A stretch of DNA of 43,064 nt, from contig CAYMYD010000001.1 of the NCBI GenBank assembly GCA_964394535.1, forward strand, positions 1 through 43,064, given 5' to 3'. The number at the start of each line of letters is the position of its first letter. Within the stretch, counting starts at the first letter, position 1. The notes under the pieces are model-generated. The model saw nothing but the letters and a program-made list of their open reading frames with translations, had not been told where the DNA came from and did not search any database. Both the position numbers and the translations under genes were made by a program. Of this stretch, positions 35,227 to 43,064 are shown piece by piece. This stretch comes from an uncultured Propionivibrio sp. (GTDB lineage Bacteria; Pseudomonadota; Gammaproteobacteria; Burkholderiales; Rhodocyclaceae).

Positions 35227-36455
35227 AACTGGAATTCACTCGCTGGTTTGCATTTGCGCTGCGCAATGTTTTTCGTCAGCGCGCCCGTTCGGCGGGGACC
35301 CTGGCGGCGATCAGCCTCGGGGTTGCCGGGCTGATCCTGGCCGGTGGTTTCGTGCAGGATATTTTCGTGAAACTGGGCGAAGCCGTCATTCACTCGCAGA
35401 GCGGACACTTGCAGGTGGCGCTCGACGGCTACCGTGAAGGGCGGATTCGCGAGCCGGAAACCTATCTGATCAAGGAGCCGGAAAAGCTGAAAAAGACGCT
35501 GGGCGAAGAAGCCGGTGTGCAACTGGCGCTGGCCCGGCTGGGGTTTGCCGGGGTGCTGAACAACGGCAAGCGCGATCTCGGCATCATTGGCGAGGGGGTC
35601 GAGCCCTCGTCCGAAGAAACCCTGGGCAGTTTTCTGAAGTATGTCGAGGGGCGGCCACTGAAGGACAGCGACAAGGACGGCATTGTCATGGGCTACGGCG
35701 TGGCCAAGTCACTGGGCCTGAAGCCGGGCGACCGGGTGAATCTGGTCATCAGTCTGGCACAGGGAGCGGTCAATACCCTGGATTTCGAAGTCGTCGGCAT
35801 CTTCCACAGCTTCTCCAAGGATTTCGACGCCCGTGCCATCCGTATTCCGCTGGAGGCGGCGCGCGAACTGATGGACAACCGTTCGGCGCACCTGATCGTG
35901 CTGCTGCTCAACGACACCGAGGATACCGACAGGGTGCATGCCGCACTGAAGAAGAAATTCGGCCCGCAAGGCTATGAAATTGCCAACTGGCGCGAGCTTT
36001 CCGATTTCTACGAAAAAACCCTGGAGCTTTATGACCGCCAGTTCGGCGTGTTGCGCTTCATCATCCTGCTGATGGTGCTCCTGAGCGTGACGAACAGCGT
36101 CAACATGACGCTGTTCGAGCGTACCCGCGAATTCGGTACCCTGCTGGCGCTGGGTGACAAGCCCAAGGCCGTCTTCCAGCTGATCATGACCGAAAACGCC
36201 ATTCTCGGCATGCTGGGGGCGCTGACCGGGATGATTCTTGGCTGTCTGGTCGGGATGTTGATCACGGCGATCGGTATCCCCATGCCGCCGCCACCGAATG
36301 CCGATGTCGGCTATATCGCCCAGATTCGTCTCCTGCCGCTGGATGTGCTGAGTGCCGGGGGCATCGGTTTTATCGCGACCTGCCTGGCGGCCATTCTGCC
36401 GGCACGACGCGCTTCCCGCCTGAAGGTGGTTGATGCCCTGCGTCAGGGTGTATGA
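35223..36455 (+). CDS. ABC transporter permease (FtsX/LolE/MacB-like), paralog of upstream gene
   Basis: ALRNVFRQRAR, GHLQV, ERTREFGTL, GIPMPPPP, PARRAS; ATGA overlap. Confidence 0.9.
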   Translation: MKLEFTRWFAFALRNVFRQRARSAGTLAAISLGVAGLILAGGFVQDIFVKLGEAVIHSQSGHLQVALDGYREGRIREPETYLIKEPEKLKKTLGEEAGVQLALARLGFAGVLNNGKRDLGIIGEGVEPSSEETLGSFLKYVEGRPLKDSDKDGIVMGYGVAKSLGLKPGDRVNLVISLAQGAVNTLDFEVVGIFHSFSKDFDARAIRIPLEAARELMDNRSAHLIVLLLNDTEDTDRVHAALKKKFGPQGYEIANWRELSDFYEKTLELYDRQFGVLRFIILLMVLLSVTNSVNMTLFERTREFGTLLALGDKPKAVFQLIMTENAILGMLGALTGMILGCLVGMLITAIGIPMPPPPNADVGYIAQIRLLPLDVLSAGGIGFIATCLAAILPARRASRLKVVDALRQGV

Positions 36456-36502
36456 GCCGCGTGTGGGGCAGGCTTCAGGGAAGTGTGGATAGCCCCTGAA
36501 CC

Positions 36503-37393
36503 ATGCCCTATCTCATTGTTGTCACCATTCTCTGGGCGTTTTCCTTCAGCCTGATCGGACAGTATCTGGCCGGGCAGGTCGATAGTGATTTTGCCGTGTT
36601 GGCGCGGGTTGTCATCGCGGCGGCGATCTTCGTTCCCCTGACCGCCTGGCGTGGCGTCCCGGCTGCATTGTGGCGCGGTTTCTGGCTTGCCGGGGCGCTG
36701 CAGTTCGGCGTGACCTACCTCTGTCTCTACCGCAGTTTCAACGTGCTGACGGTGCCCGAAGTGCTGTTGTTCACCGTGCTGACGCCGATCTACATCACCC
36801 TGCTCGACGATGCGCTGGCGCGCCGCTTCAACCGCTGGGCGATGCTCGCGGCGGCAGTTGCCGTGACGGGCGGCATCATCATCCGCTTTCGTCCGCTGCA
36901 TGGCGACTACCTGCTCGGTTTCATCCTGCTGCAAATTGCCAATGCCGCCTTTGCTGCCGGACAGGTGCTGTGCCGCCGCCTGCTGCTGCGCTACCCGACA
37001 GAGATTCCGATGTACCGTTTCTTCGGGCATTTCTTCCTGGGTGCCCTGCTGCTGGCGCTCCCGTCCTGGTGGCTTTTCGGCGACGCCACGCGTCTGCCGC
37101 AGACGGCCATGCAGTGGGGCGTGCTGGCCTGGATGGGACTGTTTGCTACGGCGCTTGGCATGTACTGGTGGACCAAGGGCAGTACCCTGGTCGATGCCGG
37201 AGTGCTGGCGGTGATGAATGAGTTGCACGTCCCGGCCGGACTCCTGGTTAACGTGCTGATCTGGAACCGTGACACCGACCTCAAGCGCCTGTCGCTGGGC
37301 ATGCTGGTGATCATGGCCTCCTTCTGGCTCAACCGGCAGGGTCGGCGGCGGGCGGTGGTTTCAGAGGCGGCGCAGGTGAATGGCAACCGATAG
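36503..37393 (+). CDS. yigM: EamA/DMT transporter, YigM (BioP)-like
   Basis: TILWAFSFS, YLAGQVDS, ELL-like EVLLFTVLTPIYITL, QWG, VDAG, HVPAGLLVN closely recall E. coli YigM. Confidence 0.8.
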   Translation: MPYLIVVTILWAFSFSLIGQYLAGQVDSDFAVLARVVIAAAIFVPLTAWRGVPAALWRGFWLAGALQFGVTYLCLYRSFNVLTVPEVLLFTVLTPIYITLLDDALARRFNRWAMLAAAVAVTGGIIIRFRPLHGDYLLGFILLQIANAAFAAGQVLCRRLLLRYPTEIPMYRFFGHFFLGALLLALPSWWLFGDATRLPQTAMQWGVLAWMGLFATALGMYWWTKGSTLVDAGVLAVMNELHVPAGLLVNVLIWNRDTDLKRLSLGMLVIMASFWLNRQGRRRAVVSEAAQVNGNR

Positions 37394-38257
37394 CTGCGCT
37401 CCCAGCCAGCCGAGGGCAGCGCCGATACCGCAGAGGGCGGCGATGTTTTCCGGCGAGAGCTGGCGCAGGACGAAGTTCCCGCCGTAGAGGGCGATCAGTT
37501 CGCCGACAGGCGCGGCCAGCAACTGCCCGGCCAGCGCGACCAGCAGCGCGGCAAAAAGGCCGCCGAGCAGGCCCTGAAGGGCGCCGAAATAGAGGAAGGG
37601 ACGACGGATGAAGGCATCGGTCGCCCCGATCAGTCGGGCGACCTCGATCTCCGCCGATTGCGCGAGAATTTGCAGGCGGATGGTGTTGAAGGTGACCGCC
37701 ACCAGGGCTCCGGCGAACAGCGCCGCCAGCAGCGAGACCGAAAGCTTGCCGATGCGCAGCAGGGCATCGAAACGTCGCACCCAGGCCGAGTCGAGCTGAA
37801 CATGTGCCACTTTCGGCCATTCGGAAAAGCTTTTCGCCAGCCGCTCCAGTGCCTCCGGCCCGGTATCCGACGGTTCGACGATGAAAGCATCGGGCAGCGG
37901 GTTCTTCGGCAGGCTGGCGATGATCTCGCCCATGCCCTCGGTCGTTTTCAGGTGCTTGAGCGCTTCTTCACGCGAGACAAAACGCCAGTTGCCGATTTTG
38001 TCCTGACGCAGGCGCGCCTCGATTTCGCCCAGGTCTTTCCGGCTGGCATCGAGGGTCATGAACAGGCTGATCTGCTGGACGCCGGAGGCGCTGCCGGTGA
38101 GGGCGCGCAGGTTGTCGAGCATCACCCAGCCTGCACTGGGCAGGGCCAGCGCCGAGCCGATGACAACCAGTGACAGCAGGGTGTTGAGCGGCGCGGCGAC
38201 CAGGCGGCGCAAGGCATCGCGCAGGGCGGCAAAATGCTGGGCGAAGAAGCGGCTCAT
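37361..38257 (-). CDS. ftsX: Cell division permease FtsX
   Basis: NPLPDAF, NTIRLQI, EIEVARLIGATDAFIRRPFLY; downstream of ftsE. Confidence 0.93.
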   Translation of the reverse strand: MSRFFAQHFAALRDALRRLVAAPLNTLLSLVVIGSALALPSAGWVMLDNLRALTGSASGVQQISLFMTLDASRKDLGEIEARLRQDKIGNWRFVSREEALKHLKTTEGMGEIIASLPKNPLPDAFIVEPSDTGPEALERLAKSFSEWPKVAHVQLDSAWVRRFDALLRIGKLSVSLLAALFAGALVAVTFNTIRLQILAQSAEIEVARLIGATDAFIRRPFLYFGALQGLLGGLFAALLVALAGQLLAAPVGELIALYGGNFVLRQLSPENIAALCGIGAALGWLGAQLSVAIHLRRL

Positions 38258-38925
38258 GCGGCACCTCCTCGCGTGCCGGTGAGATGACCGTGCTCAAGCC
38301 GGAGAATGCGTGGCGAGAGGTGCGCCATCCACTGCGGATCGTGCGTGGCGATGATCAGCGTCACGCCGACCTGATGGAAGGCGCGGAAAATTTCGAGGAT
38401 GTCGGCAGCGGTTTCGCTGTCGAGGTTGGCCGTTGGCTCATCAGCGAGCAGGATCGCCGGACGGCCGACGACGGCACGGGCAATGGCCAGACGCTGTTGC
38501 TCGCCGCCGGAGAGGGCAATCGGCAGGGCCTTTTCACGATCCAGCAGCCCCACCTTGTCGAGCGCGGCGCGGGCGCGGCGCTGTGCCTCGCGTTGTGGCA
38601 GGCCGAGAATGGCCAGCGGCAACAGCACGTTATCAAGCGCAGAGCGGTCAAAGAGCAGCTTCTGATCCTGAAAAACCAGCCCGAAATTACGTCGCAGGTA
38701 GGGAATGGCACTGCGCCGCAGCGCGGCAAGATTCTGTCCGTTGATCACGATGCTGCCGGAAGTCGGGCGCTCGATGGCGGCCAGCAGACGAAAAAGCGTC
38801 GACTTCCCGGCCCCGGAATGGCCGGTGATGAACACCATTTCCCCGTCGCCAATCTCGAAGCTCACATCGCGCAAGGCAGTGAGTCCTTCGGGATAGCGTT
38901 TGCAGACGGCGTTGGCGGAAATCAT
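38254..38925 (-). CDS. ftsE: Cell division ATP-binding protein FtsE
   Basis: GHSGAGKST, IPYLRR, FQDQKLL, LSGGEQQR. Confidence 0.95.
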   Translation of the reverse strand: MISANAVCKRYPEGLTALRDVSFEIGDGEMVFITGHSGAGKSTLFRLLAAIERPTSGSIVINGQNLAALRRSAIPYLRRNFGLVFQDQKLLFDRSALDNVLLPLAILGLPQREAQRRARAALDKVGLLDREKALPIALSGGEQQRLAIARAVVGRPAILLADEPTANLDSETAADILEIFRAFHQVGVTLIIATHDPQWMAHLSPRILRLEHGHLTGTRGGAA

Positions 38926-38929
38926 GGTC

Positions 38930-38950
38930 GGGAAGGGAGAAGAGGGAAGG
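38930..38950. repeat. Solo three-heptamer arm between ftsY and ftsE
   Basis: GGGAAGG GAGAAGA GGGAAGG. Confidence 0.55.
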
Positions 38951-38966
38951 GAAACTGCGCTATCGC

Positions 38967-39938
<972 letters not shown>

Positions 39939-40003
39939 GGGGTTTTATCTTTCGTGGCAATGGTTACCACGGAGGATGAAATATCCGTGGGAGATGGTGC
40001 TGC

Positions 40004-40102
40004 GTGAAAGGTGAAAGATGAAAAGTGAAAGGAAACCGATCCCGCCACGCATGCCATCGGCAGGGGGTTTTCACATTTCACCTCTCACCTTTCACCTTTC
40101 AC
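40004..40102. repeat. Heptamer-arm inverted repeat in the ftsY / M16 divergent region
   Basis: GTGAAAG GTGAAAG ATGAAAA GTGAAAG ... TTTTCAC ATTTCAC CTCTCAC CTTTCAC CTTTCAC. Confidence 0.85.
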
Positions 40103-40200
40103 TGTATTTCACATCAAGCGTTCGGGAAGGGCTGCGATGGTAAGATGCCGTCGCAACAGATTTTCTGCCCGCCATTCTAACATTGATGACCACACCTGCC

Positions 40201-41565
40201 ATGAAGATGACCAAGCCTTTGCTGGCCTTGCTGTGCACGCTGCTGTTGCCGCTGGCCGCCCTCGCCAACCCCTTTGAACACCGCCTGCCCAACGGCTTGC
40301 GGGTGATCGTCAAGGAAGACCACCGTGCGCCGACAGTCGCGCACATGGTCTGGTATCACGTCGGCAGCATGGATGAAACCAATGGCACGACGGGCGTTGC
40401 ACACCTCCTGGAACACATGATGTTCAAGGGAACGCCGAGCATCGGGCCGGGCGAGTTCAGCCGTCTGGTCGCCGCCGCCGGAGGGCGGGACAATGCCTTC
40501 ACCAGCAAGGATTACACCGCCTACTACCAGCAGATTCCCAAGGAGCGGCTGGGCGAGATGATGCAGCTCGAAGCCGACCGGATGCGTCATCTCAACCTCG
40601 ATCCCAAGGAGTTTGCGCAGGAAATCAAGGTGGTCATGGAAGAGCGCCGCCTGCGCACCGACGATCAGCCGCGTTCCCTGCTCTACGAGCAGATGCTGGC
40701 CACTGCCTTTCAGGCCCACCCCTACCGCGTGCCGGTGATCGGCTGGATGAACGATCTGGAAAGCATGACGGTGCAGGATGCACGTGACTGGTACGACCGC
40801 TGGTACGTGCCGAACAATGCTTTTCTGGTGGTCGTCGGCGATGTCGCACATCAGGACGTATTCCGGTTGGCTGAACAGCATTACGGGGCGCTTGCACCGC
40901 GTGCCTTGCCGGTGCGCAAGCCGCAGGTCGAGCCGGAACAGCGTGGCATCCGCCGCCTGACGGTCAAGGCTCCCGCCGAATTGCCGGTGGTGGTCATGGC
41001 CTACAAGGTGCCGGTGCTGCGCGATGTGGACCAGGACGTCGATCCTTACGCGCTGGAAATGCTCGCGGCCGTGCTGGATGGTCATGAGGCCGCACGTTTT
41101 TCGCGTCGTCTGGTTCGCGAACAGCGGCTGGCGGTCAGCGCCAGCGCTGGCTATGGCGCGATCTCGCGCGGGCCGGGATTGTTCTACCTGCTGGGCTCGC
41201 CGAGTGAAGGCAAAACCCGCGCCGAACTGGAAGCTGGATTCCGCGCCGAAATTACCCGCGTTGCCGAAACCGGCATCAGTGCCGAAGAGTTGGCGCGGGC
41301 GCGGACGCAGCTGCTTGCCAGCCAGATTTACAAGCGGGATTCGATGTTCGCCCAGGCCATGGAAATCGGCCAGCTAGAGGGGGCCGGGGTGCCTTATACG
41401 GCAGAAAGAAAACTGCTCGAAAAACTGCAAGCCGTCAGCGCAGATCAGGTACAGGCCGTGGCAAAAAAATATTTCGTCGACGAACAACTGACCGTTGCCG
41501 AACTTGATCCGCAGCCGCTCCCCGACTCACCCCGGGCTCGTCCTGCCGTCACCCTGCGTCATTGA
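40201..41565 (+). CDS. M16B zinc metallopeptidase, catalytic subunit
   Basis: Signal peptide, HLLEHMMFKG (HxxEH), NAFT, EERR, HPY; start uncertain (40186, 40201 or 40207). Confidence 0.92.
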   Translation: MKMTKPLLALLCTLLLPLAALANPFEHRLPNGLRVIVKEDHRAPTVAHMVWYHVGSMDETNGTTGVAHLLEHMMFKGTPSIGPGEFSRLVAAAGGRDNAFTSKDYTAYYQQIPKERLGEMMQLEADRMRHLNLDPKEFAQEIKVVMEERRLRTDDQPRSLLYEQMLATAFQAHPYRVPVIGWMNDLESMTVQDARDWYDRWYVPNNAFLVVVGDVAHQDVFRLAEQHYGALAPRALPVRKPQVEPEQRGIRRLTVKAPAELPVVVMAYKVPVLRDVDQDVDPYALEMLAAVLDGHEAARFSRRLVREQRLAVSASAGYGAISRGPGLFYLLGSPSEGKTRAELEAGFRAEITRVAETGISAEELARARTQLLASQIYKRDSMFAQAMEIGQLEGAGVPYTAERKLLEKLQAVSADQVQAVAKKYFVDEQLTVAELDPQPLPDSPRARPAVTLRH

Positions 41566-41575
41566 GAGAAATGCG

Positions 41576-42865
41576 ATGAGAAAACTGTTTTTTCTGCTGG
41601 CCCTTTTGTTGACCGCACCTTTCGCCCAGGCCGGGGTGAAGATTGAACACTGGAACGCTGTTTCCGGTGCGCGGGTTTTTTTTGTCGAAACCCACGCCCT
41701 GCCGATCCTCGACGTCAAGATCAGCTTTGCCGCTGGCACTGTCTGGGATCCGGTCGACAAGCCTGGCACCGCGTCGCTGACCACCAGCCTGCTTGATCTG
41801 GGCGTGCAGGGCATGGACGAGACGCAGATTGCCAACCGTCTGGCTGATCTGGGGGCGCTACTGTCCGGCGGTGTCGACATGGATCGCGCCTCGGTCGGCT
41901 TGCGTACCCTCTCCGCCGCCGAGCAGCGTGTCCCAGCGCTTGAGCTGCTGCGTGCCGTTCTGGTCAGTCCGCAGTTTCCTGCCGAAGTTTTCGAGCGCGA
42001 GAAAGCGCGCAACATCGCCGGCCTCAAGGAAGCGCTGACCCAGCCGGGGACGATTGCCAGCCGGGCCTTCTGGGCGGGGCTCTACCCGAGCCATCCCTAC
42101 GGGCGTCATGCCACGCCGGAATCCCTGGCGACGCTGCAACGCGATGACCTCGTCCGTTTTTATCGTCAGCACTTCACCGCCCGGCGGGCAACCGTCACGA
42201 TTGTCGGCGACATCACGCAGGCGCAGGCCGTTGACCTGGCGCAAATGCTGACGGCCGACCTGCCCACCGGCGGCGAAGTTGCCACGCTGGCCGAACCGGG
42301 GCTCGCCGACGCCGGTGAAAAACGCATCGCGCATCCGGCCGCGCAGGCGCATTTGCTGATTGGCCTGCCGACGCTCAAACGGGGTGATCCCGATTTCTTT
42401 CCCCTGCTGGTCGGCAACTACTCGCTGGGCGGCGGCGGTTTTGTCTCGCGGCTGATGCAGGAGGTGCGTGAAAAGCGCGGCCTGGCCTACAGCGTTTATA
42501 GCTACTTCATGCCGCTGGCGCAGCCGGGGCCATTCCAGATCGGATTGCAAACCAAAAAGGCGCAGGCTGGCGAAGCCCTCAAGCTGAGCCGCGAAGTGCT
42601 CGCCCGCTTTGTCGCCGAAGGTCCGTCTGACGCCGAAATCAGGGCGGCCAAGCAGAATCTGATCGGCAGTTTCCCGCTGCGCCTCGACAGCAACGCCAAG
42701 ATCCTCGATAACGTTGCCGCCATCGCTTTCTACGGAATGCCGCTCGACTACCTCGACCGCTACGCCGAAAACGTCGAAAAAGTTACCACCGATGAAATCA
42801 GGGCCGCTTTTGCCCGTCATGTCCGGCTGGAGCAACTGGTAACGGTGGTGGTGGGCGGAGAGTGA
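41576..42865 (+). CDS. M16B peptidase, non-catalytic partner subunit
   Basis: No HxxEH; LGGGGFVSRL, REKRGLAY; paired with upstream M16. Confidence 0.9.
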   Translation: MRKLFFLLALLLTAPFAQAGVKIEHWNAVSGARVFFVETHALPILDVKISFAAGTVWDPVDKPGTASLTTSLLDLGVQGMDETQIANRLADLGALLSGGVDMDRASVGLRTLSAAEQRVPALELLRAVLVSPQFPAEVFEREKARNIAGLKEALTQPGTIASRAFWAGLYPSHPYGRHATPESLATLQRDDLVRFYRQHFTARRATVTIVGDITQAQAVDLAQMLTADLPTGGEVATLAEPGLADAGEKRIAHPAAQAHLLIGLPTLKRGDPDFFPLLVGNYSLGGGGFVSRLMQEVREKRGLAYSVYSYFMPLAQPGPFQIGLQTKKAQAGEALKLSREVLARFVAEGPSDAEIRAAKQNLIGSFPLRLDSNAKILDNVAAIAFYGMPLDYLDRYAENVEKVTTDEIRAAFARHVRLEQLVTVVVGGE

Positions 42866-42934
42866 TGCCGGAGAACCGGGAAGGGTAAAATTGCTTAGCC
42901 CTTTCCGGCTTCCCGCGTCATCTTTCAGCGAAAA

Positions 42935-43064
42935 ATGAATACTGTCCGCATCATCGGTGGTCAATGGCGGCGACGCCTGCTGCGTTTTCCGGATTCGGAA
43001 GGCCTGCGGCCGACGCCCGACCGGGTGCGCGAAACCCTGTTCAACTGGCTGGGGCAGGATCTGG
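42935..43064 (+). CDS. rsmD: 16S rRNA m2G966 methyltransferase (5' part)
   Basis: MNTVRIIGGQWRRRLL...GLRPTPDRVRETLFNWL, runs off the window. Confidence 0.92.
   Translation, partial: MNTVRIIGGQWRRRLLRFPDSEGLRPTPDRVRETLFNWLGQDL

Noticed and set aside
42876..42908. Hairpin CCGGGAAGGG / CCCTTTCCGG between M16 and rsmD as a terminator
   Set aside because: No U-tract and lies inside a probable operon; function cannot be supported

Overview
GC-rich betaproteobacterial chromosomal segment; the gene content and order are most like Rhodocyclales, which is an inference. The housekeeping backbone is: 3' end of apbC, dcd, an Arg/Lys/Orn decarboxylase, groESL (sigma32-type promoter plus a perfect CIRCE), motAB-cheR-cheB (this CheB has no receiver domain), pilG-pilH-pilI-chpA (no pilJ), yqgE-ruvX, satP, metH-pnuC-NadR-like kinase, DUF4197, ftsY-ftsE-ftsX, two M16 peptidase subunits and the start of rsmD. 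The most notable region is an accessory cluster at about 26.9-36.5 kb. It encodes an RsaL-like HTH protein, a FeeM/OxzA-like N-acyl amino acid synthase fused to a PilZ-like domain, adjacent but separate ThiF adenylyltransferase and nitroreductase-like genes (a split version of the OxzB oxazolone-synthetase architecture), and a complete Lol-like export set (ABC ATPase, two FtsX/LolE-type permeases, LolA-like carrier, outer-membrane barrel). This is a candidate pathway for an exported, possibly c-di-GMP-gated, acyl-amino-acid or oxazolone lipid signal. Also seen: a family of intergenic inverted repeats built from 7-nt units (two copies share an 83-bp core), a tyrosine-phenol-lyase-like enzyme between apbC and dcd, an unannotated 34-aa membrane peptide ORF, and a perfect hexamer VNTR in chpA. 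All family assignments come from motif recognition by eye; no searches were run.
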